Shown here: positions 9,186 to 19,039 of the stretch, piece by piece
How positions within the stretch are numbered: the first letter of the stretch is position 1
Layout: the number at the start of each line of letters is the position of its first letter
Source of the DNA: a virus
Taxonomy: Duplodnaviria > Caudoviricetes
Virus record (IMG/VR): IMGVR_UViG_3300020577_006271
Location: 1-64,000 of that record
Length of the DNA stretch: 64,000 nucleotides
Direction: 5' to 3' (one strand)
Program-made: the position numbers and the translations under genes
Notes under the pieces: generated by a model
What the model saw: the letters and a program-made list of their open reading frames with translations, nothing else
What the model was told of the DNA's origin: nothing
Databases searched by the model: none

Positions 9186-9547
9186 TTATTTAAAAATGTT
9201 CTTAATTTAGTAATAAGACCATATACATCTTCGGTATTTGGCATATTTAATGTCCTGGCCATATAATCCATTTTACTTAACATGTCATCATTTACTCTAG
9301 AGAGTATGTCATCGAATTCTTCAACTATTCTAGCATTGACAAACTCTGGATGTAATTTATATGTTATATGCTCGGGATGCATAATTTCCAGGAAATTTAG
9401 ATCAGCATCTTCTGGTCCAGGTGTATAACATACTCTTATTGGTGTTCCTTGTTTAAATGTACCAATTTCATTTGTGGTTTTCACGTACTGATAAAATTGA
9501 TACCAGGTTTTAAATTCTGGCGGTAACTCATTTAATTTCATAAGCAT
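9182..9547 (-). CDS. Hypothetical protein
   Basis: ORF track. Confidence 0.6.
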   Translation of the reverse strand: MLMKLNELPPEFKTWYQFYQYVKTTNEIGTFKQGTPIRVCYTPGPEDADLNFLEIMHPEHITYKLHPEFVNARIVEEFDDILSRVNDDMLSKMDYMARTLNMPNTEDVYGLITKLRTFLNK

Positions 9548-9656
9548 TATTTTATTGAGTTCTTTTTAAATTGTTCAAACCATTTTTCAACATCATTTTG
9601 CATTATGTGTGCTGATATATTCCCATCCAAGCATAATTGCTATTTGTGCGTTGCGT

Positions 9657-9944
9657 TCATTTGTATCCATGTGTAACCAAATTATATAAGTGTTTTAAAT
9701 ATTCATTAGCAAAATCTACTTCTTCATCTGGAATAACCACCATTGTTTGAATCTTGTCTTTAAGCAATTTTAAAATTTTTGGTTTTAACGTTTTAACTTG
9801 TATAAATATCAGAAACAAATTTGGATAGTCGATAATTATTTTGGTAACCTTAATATTATGGTTACTACAAAAATCTATAAATTGTTGTAAAGCTGTACCA
9901 TCTTTGAAATTTATATAAATGGTTTGCATATTAATCGGGCTCAT
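9657..9944 (-). CDS. Hypothetical protein
   Basis: ORF track. Confidence 0.55.
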   Translation of the reverse strand: MSPINMQTIYINFKDGTALQQFIDFCSNHNIKVTKIIIDYPNLFLIFIQVKTLKPKILKLLKDKIQTMVVIPDEEVDFANEYLKHLYNLVTHGYK

Positions 9945-10125
9945 CGCCAGGATCTTGAATTGAGATAGAAAAAATTACTTCTGTTTCAGTAGACATTTGG
10001 GATTTGTTCACTGTTCTTACAGCTACATCCCAGCATTCTAAAAACTCCCCAAAATGTCCAGATCCCCCTACTTTCATATTATCGTCTATGAACATAATTG
10101 CTTCTTTTAATTCTTTAATGGTCAT
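9931..10125 (-). CDS. Hypothetical protein
   Basis: First gene after promoter 10149-10210. Confidence 0.65.
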   Translation of the reverse strand: MTIKELKEAIMFIDDNMKVGGSGHFGEFLECWDVAVRTVNKSQMSTETEVIFSISIQDPGDEPD

Positions 10126-10148
10126 GTTATTTAATTTTAATTACTCAA

Positions 10149-10210
10149 CAAATATACAACATTTTAAAATAATTTGTGGTGTTTTGTTAAGAATTAACAT
10201 TTAATTAACA
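10149..10210 (-). promoter_or_regulatory. Class I promoter: -7 TATATTTG plus box
   Basis: caaatata 10149-10156; TTAACA 10194 and 10205. Confidence 0.75.
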
Positions 10211-10211
10211 T

Positions 10212-10595
10212 TTACGAATCAAATAAATCATAATACATTGTGACAAACCGATGATAATTAACAGTTAATTTATATTTCTCAACTCTACTGGCACTAAATC
10301 GACCTAATTTAGGTGTAATAACTTTATGATGCAATAAAATTTGTTCTAACTGTTTTTCATTGGAATCGAAATACAAATATCCGTCGGAATAATCATCGGG
10401 TTTGCCAATATCGTTGATATGATCTTGGGCATCATCAAAAAAGCGCTCCACCAACGAACAAGGCACTTTCCAATCTCCAGCCGATAAGAATTTTGTTGGA
10501 ACATTTACAATTTCGATTTTCATAATAACCAGTTTAAAATATTTTAGGTATAAATCCACCTTGGACACATCCCGGAATAGGTAACATACAATCAC
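10212..10595 (-). CDS. Hypothetical protein (true start probably internal MKIEIV)
   Basis: ORF track. Confidence 0.55.
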   Translation of the reverse strand: MIVCYLFRDVSKVDLYLKYFKLVIMKIEIVNVPTKFLSAGDWKVPCSLVERFFDDAQDHINDIGKPDDYSDGYLYFDSNEKQLEQILLHHKVITPKLGRFSASRVEKYKLTVNYHRFVTMYYDLFDS

Positions 10596-11217
10596 CTTCT
10601 ACATCAGATCCTAAAGCGGCAATTCCACGATACCAATGTTTTTTATATGACTCTTCGATTTTTGCAACTTGGATTAATGCATGAAATCCACCCCGAGTTT
10701 CAATAAATACTATCGCATCTTCATTTACCCATTCGCATATTTCATTCTTCAATTTACTGATCGTGGATTTATCTTTCAAATCAAAGTCAAAATCAACATA
10801 ATACTTACTTCCAGGAGATTTTTGAATTGCACTTAGTGCTTCTTGCTGGACATTGTATCCATGAGCATTGTCAGCTATAAGGTCGGCAAGCTTTTTAAGT
10901 AATACCTTGGCTGCTTTAGTTTGTGATCGCGGGTTTGGATGAATATAAACAACTAATGATTCTTGTGGCACTTCTCTATCGCCAAGAGAATAATTACCAA
11001 CTTTTATTTCTAATTGTCTTAATTTTGAAATCAAATTACTCTTGTTACAAGTCAAACGTTTCAATTGTGTTTTGTCGTTAGCCCATATCAGTTCAGGACA
11101 ATATTTTTTTCTCGCAAATAACGAAACATAGAAGCATTCGTCTTGCTTTAGATTTGGTAAGATGATGTCCACGAAATAAATAAGCATTTGCTCATCTTCT
11201 ATTATTTTGTAATTCAT
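10534..11217 (-). CDS. Conserved phage protein with AEP primase-polymerase-like motifs
   Basis: VDFDFD and ETRGGFH resemble AEP motifs I and II. Confidence 0.5.
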   Translation of the reverse strand: MNYKIIEDEQMLIYFVDIILPNLKQDECFYVSLFARKKYCPELIWANDKTQLKRLTCNKSNLISKLRQLEIKVGNYSLGDREVPQESLVVYIHPNPRSQTKAAKVLLKKLADLIADNAHGYNVQQEALSAIQKSPGSKYYVDFDFDLKDKSTISKLKNEICEWVNEDAIVFIETRGGFHALIQVAKIEESYKKHWYRGIAALGSDVEGDCMLPIPGCVQGGFIPKIF

Positions 11218-11270
11218 ATTATATTAGTTTAATGTTCAATGTGTGAAACTTTAATTTTCCTGTATTAAAG

Positions 11271-11570
11271 TCAATCATCTAAATCTGATATATCGTATGC
11301 AAATTGCACGATATCATTGTATTTTAGTTTTAATTTTGTGTCTTCACAATTAGAAATAGCAAAGCATTGCATTCTTTTAATCCACGCTTTAGCTAAAATT
11401 AATTCATCATTCTCCATTCGTTTACGCCACCTCTCTATAATTTCGTCATCTGATAAAACACGAATATTTTTAACACGCCTATTTAATGGTGAATGATGCC
11501 GATTTGTTGAATGTTCAGTTTCAACCAATACCGTTACTCCGTGATCATTAGTTTGAACTTTATTGTGCAT
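11271..11570 (-). CDS. Hypothetical protein
   Basis: ORF track. Confidence 0.55.
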   Translation of the reverse strand: MHNKVQTNDHGVTVLVETEHSTNRHHSPLNRRVKNIRVLSDDEIIERWRKRMENDELILAKAWIKRMQCFAISNCEDTKLKLKYNDIVQFAYDISDLDD

Positions 11571-11766
11571 GTTATATTAGATTGTGATTGAAATTAATTG
11601 TGCTTCTCTTCCAAGAAACTCGTTTTCCCAAATCTTTTTGGTCGTAGAAATGGCTATCTCAGGCGAATTTGCCCATATATTCAAAACATCAGATATTTCT
11701 ATTCCGAAATCGATATATTTTAATTTGCATTCAAAATGTACTATCATATCTTTAATTTTATTACCA

Positions 11767-11828
11767 CAAAGTTATAAAATTATTTAATATAAAATGTAAT
11801 TCAATGATAGTTTAACAAAAATTTAACA
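11767..11828 (-). promoter_or_regulatory. Class I promoter: -7 TAACTTTG plus box
   Basis: caaagtta 11767-11774; TTAACA 11812 and 11823. Confidence 0.7.
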
Positions 11829-12252
11829 TTACCCAATCAATAATTCGTTTGACAGTTGGTTTCTTATGAATTGTAGGGTTACAACCAGAATCAATTAATT
11901 TTTGTCGTGCTAACTTTAAAATATCTATTCTTAATATCGTTCCATTGGTATGTTGTTTATGAAATGGATTGCGCAATTTTCCAGACATTCGGTGTTCGCA
12001 GCCTATCTCATTGGCAGCATCTAAAATTAGTAATTCTTCAAAAATCATCCATATATCACTAGCCCGAATTTCCTCTGGCCAAACTGGCTGGCAACATAAA
12101 TATACAGAATCATGTGAAGATTTCTTACGGACAGACGACAATAATTTATCAACCTGTTCAATTTTATTATAAGACTTCCCATTATATGTAAAATTATCCA
12201 TGTATTTATTTTTATATGTTACAAATTTCACTACACCATTTAATATATGCAC
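11812..12252 (-). CDS. Hypothetical protein
   Basis: ORF track; start probably MDNFT. Confidence 0.55.
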   Translation of the reverse strand: MHILNGVVKFVTYKNKYMDNFTYNGKSYNKIEQVDKLLSSVRKKSSHDSVYLCCQPVWPEEIRASDIWMIFEELLILDAANEIGCEHRMSGKLRNPFHKQHTNGTILRIDILKLARQKLIDSGCNPTIHKKPTVKRIIDWVMLNFC

Positions 12253-12802
12253 TTCCGGGCATCCACTTCCAATGATCTAATGAAAACACGTCATTGCTCA
12301 TAATGATTGGATATGAGTGAGTAGCAATAATATATTGAACTTGGGTTGTTGATTGGATTTTTTTATTAAATCTAAATTGATTTGTTATGGATAATCCAGC
12401 TTCGGGTTCATCCAGTATTAATACGGCGGGTTCGTCAACTATTATATCAATGACCAGCTCTTCCAATACTTCACCATGTGATTTAAACCGAGCAGCGACA
12501 GCATTTGCAAATCCATAACCAATGCTATAGCCATTGACATCAGAATATGTTTGTGGATCTGTTATCCTTGGATTATCCAATTCAGAATTGAAATAGAAAG
12601 TATCTATATTACGACACCTATCAGTTAGTTCTACTGATATTCCAGGATCGTTTTTTCTTAACATTGAAAGAAGAGTCGATTTTCCTGTTCCCTGACCGCC
12701 TACGATTACGGTTAACGGCTTTAATTTAATTGCCTGGGTTCTTAGTACATGTGACCCAGGATAACTTCTCCTGCGTAAGATTTTAATTACATCGGCGTAC
12801 AT
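12212..12802 (-). CDS. ABC-type (AAA_21-like) ATPase
   Basis: Walker A GGQGTGKS, SHGE signature, ILDEPE, IIATHS. Confidence 0.85.
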   Translation of the reverse strand: MYADVIKILRRRSYPGSHVLRTQAIKLKPLTVIVGGQGTGKSTLLSMLRKNDPGISVELTDRCRNIDTFYFNSELDNPRITDPQTYSDVNGYSIGYGFANAVAARFKSHGEVLEELVIDIIVDEPAVLILDEPEAGLSITNQFRFNKKIQSTTQVQYIIATHSYPIIMSNDVFSLDHWKWMPGSAYIKWCSEICNI

Positions 12803-12803
12803 T

Positions 12804-13049
12804 TTATTCTATTTTCATTTTTACATTTTGATTCCATGCTGTCAGATGGGTGTGTATCCGCTCAGCTAAATCGAATATATATTTAGATGTATCTCGTTTT
12901 TTAAAGAACATGTTATCTGATAAAAAATTAATAGAATCAATCATTCGTTGATATATGGGAATTACTAGGTCATCGCATTTAAGACCATATTTTATAATTT
13001 GGTCTTCCAATGGTTTTTTTAACTTAATTTTTATTTTTTTATCTTTCAT
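12804..13049 (-). CDS. Hypothetical protein
   Basis: ATGA overlap. Confidence 0.6.
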   Translation of the reverse strand: MKDKKIKIKLKKPLEDQIIKYGLKCDDLVIPIYQRMIDSINFLSDNMFFKKRDTSKYIFDLAERIHTHLTAWNQNVKMKIE

Positions 13050-13252
13050 TGTTTAAACCCAATTTTAGTTTTTGAACCAGTAACACTAAATTCAAATTCA
13101 CTGACCCAAGCAGTTTCATATTTTCCTTCGTAAAAATATCCAATTTGATACTGAACATATTCAGTTGATTGAATTGATGCCTGTACGATTTTTGCTCGAA
13201 TGTTAGATATAGTGGTGTGTACAATTGTACCTGGTAGGTAAACTTCTATCAT
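13046..13252 (-). CDS. Hypothetical protein
   Basis: ATGA overlaps on both sides. Confidence 0.65.
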   Translation of the reverse strand: MIEVYLPGTIVHTTISNIRAKIVQASIQSTEYVQYQIGYFYEGKYETAWVSEFEFSVTGSKTKIGFKQ

Positions 13253-13953
13253 TTTTTAAGGCGAGTTTTAGATTGAAAATATTCTTTAGTTTCGACATTC
13301 ATGATGGTCAATTTGCCATCATTGCCTCCAGCTCCAGTATCTAAATTCCATATTAAATTTCCAGCAAACATAGGTTTTGTGGTTTTCCAACATAATGTCG
13401 TGGTGTGCCCAATGAATATTTCTGAAAAATTATCTACAGTTTTTAGTCTATCGAACTTTGATACACATAATGCTTTTTGAAAAAGACTACGGTTCCACCA
13501 ATATTCGGAACGGTTCTGCATGCCAATTGGAATTCGACGATCAAACCCACCATGTATAAACAACCGGTTTTTGTCATCTATATATTTTGCATGCATTGAT
13601 CTAAAGAAATCAATGTGTGTTTGTGGGATATCAAATGGATTGATAATATCCTTTCCTACATGCTTAATATAAGATTCCATGGTTGCAGATCCCCCTTGTT
13701 GCCAATATTGTGGATGTAACCCAGTATTTAGCCAGGTAATGAACCAATCATCATGGTTACCGCGAATCTGAATTAAATTTCTAACCTTAAGTAATAATTC
13801 AACACATTCATATATGTACGGCTGATTCCCGTCACAAATATCTCCCAATTGTATCAGCGTGTCGTGTTCGAAATCAAAATTTGATAATTCAAAACATTCC
13901 AGCATTTGATGATAAGCTCCGTGCAGATCCCCCATGCAAAAAACTCGTGACAT
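13249..13953 (-). CDS. Calcineurin-like metallophosphoesterase (NinI/PrpA-type Ser/Thr phosphatase)
   Basis: GDLHG, GDICD, RGNHD, HGG, GHT, LDTG. Confidence 0.92.
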   Translation of the reverse strand: MSRVFCMGDLHGAYHQMLECFELSNFDFEHDTLIQLGDICDGNQPYIYECVELLLKVRNLIQIRGNHDDWFITWLNTGLHPQYWQQGGSATMESYIKHVGKDIINPFDIPQTHIDFFRSMHAKYIDDKNRLFIHGGFDRRIPIGMQNRSEYWWNRSLFQKALCVSKFDRLKTVDNFSEIFIGHTTTLCWKTTKPMFAGNLIWNLDTGAGGNDGKLTIMNVETKEYFQSKTRLKK

Positions 13954-13957
13954 GATA

Positions 13958-14149
13958 TTATGGTTTAAATATTATTTTATCTGTAAATTTAATCGCTCTT
14001 AAATTAAAATTGCGTATTACATCACGTGCTTCATTAGCGTCAATATTAATTGTCAAAACCTTGCCAGCCCAATTACTAATAACCATTTGGTATGCATACA
14101 TCCTGGGTTGATGTTCAATTCGTACAATATTAAGATTCATCATATTCAA
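13958..14149 (-). CDS. Hypothetical protein
   Basis: ORF track. Confidence 0.5.
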   Translation of the reverse strand: MNMMNLNIVRIEHQPRMYAYQMVISNWAGKVLTINIDANEARDVIRNFNLRAIKFTDKIIFKP

Positions 14150-14636
14150 CGATTGTTACTTCTGAATCCGTCAATTCGGTAGTAATTATTTGTAAAATTA
14201 TATTCCAATCACCCCTAGCTCGTCCAGATCCTATCTTAGGAAGACCAATGCGTCTGCCCGTGAATAAACGATTTATTTTCCGCAAGCAAAGGGTCAGCGC
14301 TTCATAATCTAATGGTATAGTCATGGATGTCGGCATATTTCTAGAATGCCAATATTGAGTATATGCATTAACAATAATTAATGGGGCTCCTGACCATTTA
14401 GATGAAACTCGGTATTCGATATTTCCAAGTTTTCCAATGAATCCTGCACTTGCTGGATTCTCCCCTGGATAATAAACCGGATTCGCGGTGTCGAAATGTT
14501 TAGCCATGTGTGGGGCTATTCCTGATCGTTGGGTGCAAAAACAATTACACCCATGCACAATTAAATCGAAATGACCATCAATTGCTAATTTAATCAGGTC
14601 GCCTTTAACGAATTTTATTTTGCCGGGTTGAATCAT
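14130..14636 (-). CDS. Macrodomain protein (ADP-ribose hydrolase/binding)
   Basis: GDL, IVHGCNCF, SGIA, NAYTQ, PKIGSG.A.GDW. Confidence 0.9.
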   Translation of the reverse strand: MIQPGKIKFVKGDLIKLAIDGHFDLIVHGCNCFCTQRSGIAPHMAKHFDTANPVYYPGENPASAGFIGKLGNIEYRVSSKWSGAPLIIVNAYTQYWHSRNMPTSMTIPLDYEALTLCLRKINRLFTGRRIGLPKIGSGRARGDWNIILQIITTELTDSEVTIVEYDES

Positions 14637-14868
14637 ATTTTTGCATTTTTAAAATGTTTTGTTCAAGATCATACGTCAATTTTTTAATTCGGATGTCACA
14701 ATCCGATGTATTAATATATTTGACACGTTCGACATATACCGTATCGACTTGTGGGACTGGTTGCATAAGTTCAATCTGCTTTGGAATTGAACGTGATTTA
14801 CGATAATCATTATACAAATAGACTGTAACAATTATATAAGCTATCCCTGCTAAAATTATATATTTCAT
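14605..14868 (-). CDS. Membrane-anchored hypothetical protein
   Basis: N-terminal hydrophobic helix. Confidence 0.55.
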   Translation of the reverse strand: MKYIILAGIAYIIVTVYLYNDYRKSRSIPKQIELMQPVPQVDTVYVERVKYINTSDCDIRIKKLTYDLEQNILKMQKYDSTRQNKIR

Positions 14869-14871
14869 AAA

Positions 14872-15327
14872 TTAAAAATTAGCATTGATATAATTCTTAA
14901 GCATATTCAAATTCGTGGTTCTAAATCCAGTATGGGCAGGATGACTAAACCCATATTCTGTGATTCGATTAGGTTTAGCCCCGCTTCCAGACATGCTTAT
15001 ATTTCCACCAGTAGGTCGGATTTTTTTGCATAAAACTTGGTATAAGGCCCAAGGATCAGTGTCTTGGGTTGCTTCCCAAATTTCGTTATTTCTAATTCGA
15101 GTTAATGCATTATGATATTTTATGCTATGATTAGATTCTAAAAAATCGGCACATTGTAATATCATATCATCGAAATTGTTTAAGTCGGGATAGACTCCTG
15201 CTGTGAAATACGTTACAAAATCTCGGGCTTTGCCACCTAATTTAAGTGTCAGTGTATCATTATTAAATGTTACATTCGAATTGATGAACATTTCATCTAC
15301 AATTGCGTTTAACTGTTCTAAATTCAT
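14872..15327 (-). CDS. Hypothetical protein
   Basis: Start MNLEQ at 15327; the longer ORF runs through the tRNA-like element. Confidence 0.65.
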   Translation of the reverse strand: MNLEQLNAIVDEMFINSNVTFNNDTLTLKLGGKARDFVTYFTAGVYPDLNNFDDMILQCADFLESNHSIKYHNALTRIRNNEIWEATQDTDPWALYQVLCKKIRPTGGNISMSGSGAKPNRITEYGFSHPAHTGFRTTNLNMLKNYINANF

Positions 15328-15342
15328 TTTTATTTTATTTAG

Positions 15343-15416
15343 TAGGTGCAATGGGATTCGAACCCATTTCACTATCCAGCCCATGCCGGATCGCTTAACC
15401 CTAAAGCTCTACACCT
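15343..15416 (-). tRNA. Degenerate tRNA-like element, anticodon unresolved (TGG/Pro-like or CAT)
   Basis: Acceptor AGGTGTA/TGCACCT, D stem GCTT/AAGC, T arm ATGGG-TTCGAAT-CCCAT; non-canonical anticodon loop; no CCA. Confidence 0.6.
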
Positions 15417-15898
15417 ATTTTTTGAATTTTACCATAAAACAGACCAACCGTGTCGTGTGATAATACATCAATTTGTAACCGTGACCGTTTTGATAATTTA
15501 TCATTGATGACATACTCTCCTTGATACGGACAATTACATAATACTTGAATTGAATCTCCCATTTTAAATCTATCTAGCAAATCTCTTGATATAGCCACGG
15601 ACTTCATCAATCGTTTCGGGTCAATAATTGTGCCATCAGCAGTCTCCAAGTGATTTCCATGGGTTTGCTCTGGAACTGGATTATACACGGTTATTTTAAC
15701 ATATTCATCGACAATATTAAAGTCAACACACTGGTCTGGATGTGATGTAGGGTTCGTATATATTTCAAAGCAATAAATCGAACTTAATAGAAGTATTGCA
15801 GCAAAAATAAAATGTCGAACACTGTAAATTTCACTTTTAATATTTTCTAATAATGTCATATATTTGTTAGATTCATTTTTGGATTGTCGGATACCCAA
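15401..15898 (-). CDS. 3D/RlpA-like domain cell-wall-active protein
   Basis: TM helix, T.YNP..EQT, TADG, VAISRDL, IND, IDV. Confidence 0.8.
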   Translation of the reverse strand: MGIRQSKNESNKYMTLLENIKSEIYSVRHFIFAAILLLSSIYCFEIYTNPTSHPDQCVDFNIVDEYVKITVYNPVPEQTHGNHLETADGTIIDPKRLMKSVAISRDLLDRFKMGDSIQVLCNCPYQGEYVINDKLSKRSRLQIDVLSHDTVGLFYGKIQKIGVEL

Positions 15899-15938
15899 AA
15901 CGCTGCCTTTTTAATCTCAGGTACATTTAATTGCTTGA

Positions 15939-16517
15939 TTAAATATTCTTTAAATTGAGTTCTTTAAGAATTTTATCGATGAGATTTGTGAATTGGGATC
16001 TAATATGTTCCGGCATCAATTTATATATTCTTGGGAATTCGTTCTTATAAGAATCTTGCATGCTCGAACCTGTTAGCTTAGAAAATCGTATATTGGCCAA
16101 ATTGTCACACAATTTGACGTAGGTTGCGTATGGATTTTCAAATAACTCGGCATAAAATTGGTCACTGTGACGCTCGAATCTGTTTCGGCCACGCATTTCT
16201 GTACATAAAAATATCATTTCGGCGACAGCTTCGCCATATCCGCCATGCAAACATTCATTAACTTCAAATTTGATGTCGTTGTAAGAAATGCGTGCATCTT
16301 CAATTAAATCGTGACCAAGTGCTGCAAATCGTAATAACACTACATCGTTATCAGCTATGGCGGGCCAGTTATATTTAATTTCATCCATAACGGTATGTTC
16401 AACAATTTCCAAATGAAATGAATATGGTATGTATCCATGGTATTTCTGGTTACATATTACATTATGCTGGTTAAATACCCAATCTTTCCAACGATAAATT
16501 CCCGTTTTATTACTCAT
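15939..16517 (-). CDS. HD-domain (p)ppGpp hydrolase-like protein (SpoT/Mesh1 type)
   Basis: H...QKY...PY..HL, AALGHDLIED, VKLCDNLANI. Confidence 0.8.
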   Translation of the reverse strand: MSNKTGIYRWKDWVFNQHNVICNQKYHGYIPYSFHLEIVEHTVMDEIKYNWPAIADNDVVLLRFAALGHDLIEDARISYNDIKFEVNECLHGGYGEAVAEMIFLCTEMRGRNRFERHSDQFYAELFENPYATYVKLCDNLANIRFSKLTGSSMQDSYKNEFPRIYKLMPEHIRSQFTNLIDKILKELNLKNI

Positions 16518-16881
16518 GATTATTATATTTGTAAGTTCGATAAACTGCTGATTGAGATTTATTAAATCTATCTTGAGTCCAATTAGGATGTAAAACTTGA
16601 CGAATAGAATCCTGAGTTAACGAATCTAACTCCAAATATTCAACATATATTTGTTCGATGGATGGATCTGGGCAATAATGTGGTCTACGATCAGTAATTG
16701 CATCTATCACTGCTCCTATTGTTATTGCAGGTGGTGCTGGTATTTGGTTGACCACCGGAATTTTGTGTTTATAACGATTGAACCAATATATTGGATGTCC
16801 GTAATTACCTGATCTCGTTTGTGCGTCAACTTTAACAGTTAAACACATAAAAATGGTTAATAATGTTATTAATGTTTTCAT
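16510..16881 (-). CDS. Secreted hypothetical protein
   Basis: Signal peptide MKTLITLLTIFMCLTVKVDAQ; ATG at 16881. Confidence 0.65.
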   Translation of the reverse strand: MKTLITLLTIFMCLTVKVDAQTRSGNYGHPIYWFNRYKHKIPVVNQIPAPPAITIGAVIDAITDRRPHYCPDPSIEQIYVEYLELDSLTQDSIRQVLHPNWTQDRFNKSQSAVYRTYKYNNHE

Positions 16882-16885
16882 ACAA

Positions 16886-16947
16886 CAAAAATACAACGTT
16901 TTTATAATATAAACAAACTTTATTAAACTATTAACATTTAATTAACA
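16886..16947 (-). promoter_or_regulatory. Class I promoter: -7 TATTTTTG plus box
   Basis: caaaaata 16886-16893; TTAACA 16931 and 16942. Confidence 0.7.
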
Positions 16948-17101
16948 TTAGGCTTCACCTACGGTTTGTATTTTTGGAACTGGTGGATACATAATATATA
17001 AATTATATGTACCAATTATTGGATTTGCCCTAATTAATTCCTTAACGATTACCATAATTTGATTAATGCTAATTGGAGACATAACCCAAATTTCATGTGT
17101 T

Positions 17102-17530
17102 TCATGCTTCACTAGGTACTGCATCGTCAGTTGTTTTTGCTTCTAAAGTTTTGATGTTTTCCGCTTTTATGGCGGATAACAATTCTATACTTGATGCCTC
17201 TCCTCTTACCAGTGCCTGGTTTAATAATAAATACCAAATATTTGGCGGAAATGAATTAGGCATTGTTGGAAATCTCTCTTTAATTTCAGTTTGGTATGCC
17301 TTGAATTTTTCTAATAACTCTGGGAAAGTCAACCGCTTTTTCTCTAAGGCTATCTTTCCAGAAATATACTTTGATGCCGCTGCATATCCTTGGTTCTTTA
17401 ACAGTTTCTGCATGACGGTCATGGTCGTCCGTTTTTCTAGCTTATCATCTGTTTGACCAGGATTATCAATTTTGTGCAGTGTGACATATTGGTTTACCTT
17501 TTCTACTAATATTACCGGGACTCGTTTCAT
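17102..17530 (-). CDS. Hypothetical protein
   Basis: ATGA overlap. Confidence 0.65.
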   Translation of the reverse strand: MKRVPVILVEKVNQYVTLHKIDNPGQTDDKLEKRTTMTVMQKLLKNQGYAAASKYISGKIALEKKRLTFPELLEKFKAYQTEIKERFPTMPNSFPPNIWYLLLNQALVRGEASSIELLSAIKAENIKTLEAKTTDDAVPSEA

Positions 17531-18111
17531 ATAACTTCAATTAATTTAGAGTGATCCAATCTATAACTATCAACAATTGATACAATATCTGAAATTTTTG
17601 ATCTAACCTTGTATCGTTTTCCTTGAGTTGGGCGAACAACCATTACTTCTGGTAAAGGCTTAAGACCAGCAAATATTTCGAAACGGCTGTATAATTCAAT
17701 CGTATTCATGACTTTAAATTCATGTTCCATAAACACAAATTCCTTTGGCATATCTTCGAATGAATAATAATCATACCGTAACGATTGCATAAAATCTTCA
17801 ATTATACCAATATTCATTCGGTAAAAGCTTGCCAAAGTTTTATAAACCTCTTGCAGGTTAGTTACTTTTTGGGCCATAATGGTATTAATGTCAGGCCGAA
17901 TGTCAGTGATTGTAACTATTCCCGATCGAGCCATAGTAAATACAAATTCAACAAATTCGTCGTTGCCGAATCCAGGAATGTCTACTTGATATTCGCGAAA
18001 CAATGAATTAGGATCTGTATTTGTTGGGGTCAATTTTCCAAATCTATCAAATATTGCTCGCATTTGATTTGGATCTTGCATCGTCGATGTAGCTATTTTA
18101 AATTTTGCCAT
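17527..18111 (-). CDS. Hypothetical protein
   Basis: ORF track. Confidence 0.7.
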   Translation of the reverse strand: MAKFKIATSTMQDPNQMRAIFDRFGKLTPTNTDPNSLFREYQVDIPGFGNDEFVEFVFTMARSGIVTITDIRPDINTIMAQKVTNLQEVYKTLASFYRMNIGIIEDFMQSLRYDYYSFEDMPKEFVFMEHEFKVMNTIELYSRFEIFAGLKPLPEVMVVRPTQGKRYKVRSKISDIVSIVDSYRLDHSKLIEVI

Positions 18112-18255
18112 GATTAATTTGTGTTTTTGTGTGAATAATATTAATAAGATCCGCTAATGTAATAAGTGTTTCTATCTCAGAATCAGTTATTTCGATTTGA
18201 AATGTTTTTTCTATAGATAGTAATATTTCCATTTTGATTATGAAAAGTTCTTCGT

Positions 18256-18714
18256 TTATTCTTTCGTCCATACATAAATTTTATGGTTATTCCAGGTTTC
18301 TGTACTATCGATAAAATCTAGAAAATGTTTGGTTAAATAATATTCATATATGCGTGTTCGAGTTGTGCCGTCTGCTCCGTATTCGAATGAATTAATATCA
18401 TATTTGTCAACAAAATATCTCAATAACCCGAAGATGCAGGCCAATATTTTATTAGAATGCGGCACATTTAATAATTTAGATAAGTTCAATTGTTTATATT
18501 CAGAATTAGTATCTCCAAAATTTATTGCTAGTCTTTTGGGGTTAAACATTGGCAAAATTAATAACTGATAATACCAATCATTATACTTAATATTTACCAT
18601 AAACCTTCTCTTGCTTTCCGAGATAATTGAATAATCAATTCCGTATTCGTGAAGTTCTTCCGGTTTATATAAATCGATTATTTCAAATAAAATATCTGTT
18701 AATTTAATTGGCAT
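18256..18714 (-). CDS. Putative internal head protein, divergent leader MPIKLTDILFE
   Basis: N-terminus resembles MIKFKDILxE family. Confidence 0.55.
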   Translation of the reverse strand: MPIKLTDILFEIIDLYKPEELHEYGIDYSIISESKRRFMVNIKYNDWYYQLLILPMFNPKRLAINFGDTNSEYKQLNLSKLLNVPHSNKILACIFGLLRYFVDKYDINSFEYGADGTTRTRIYEYYLTKHFLDFIDSTETWNNHKIYVWTKE

Positions 18715-18739
18715 GCCCCATTTTATTATTTTAAATGTA

Positions 18740-18769
18740 AATATAATAATTTTATTTCAGAAAACCAAA
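18740..18769 (-). promoter_or_regulatory. Class II promoter (TTTGG-N19-TATATT)
   Basis: ccaaa 18765-18769; aatata 18740-18745. Confidence 0.55.
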
Positions 18770-19039
18770 TTATTTCTGATATTTTTTTAATCGTTTTTCT
18801 TGGTAGTCAATAAATTTGTTAAAGCCATCTCTTGCTTTACTGTCAGTTGTTTTTAGAAATTCGTTCACGGCAGTTAAAATTTTACGGTTGTTTAAATATT
18901 CATTCATTGAATGAATTTCCATAAGTGTCTGCATGTGCCCTAATGTAAAGGACCATTTTTTTATTTCTTTACGAACCCGTTTACCAACGAGCTTATGTTT
19001 ATCAATTGTTTGTTGGATTGAATCCGAATGAATCTTCAT
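18770..19039 (-). CDS. Hypothetical protein
   Basis: ORF track. Confidence 0.55.
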   Translation of the reverse strand: MKIHSDSIQQTIDKHKLVGKRVRKEIKKWSFTLGHMQTLMEIHSMNEYLNNRKILTAVNEFLKTTDSKARDGFNKFIDYQEKRLKKYQK

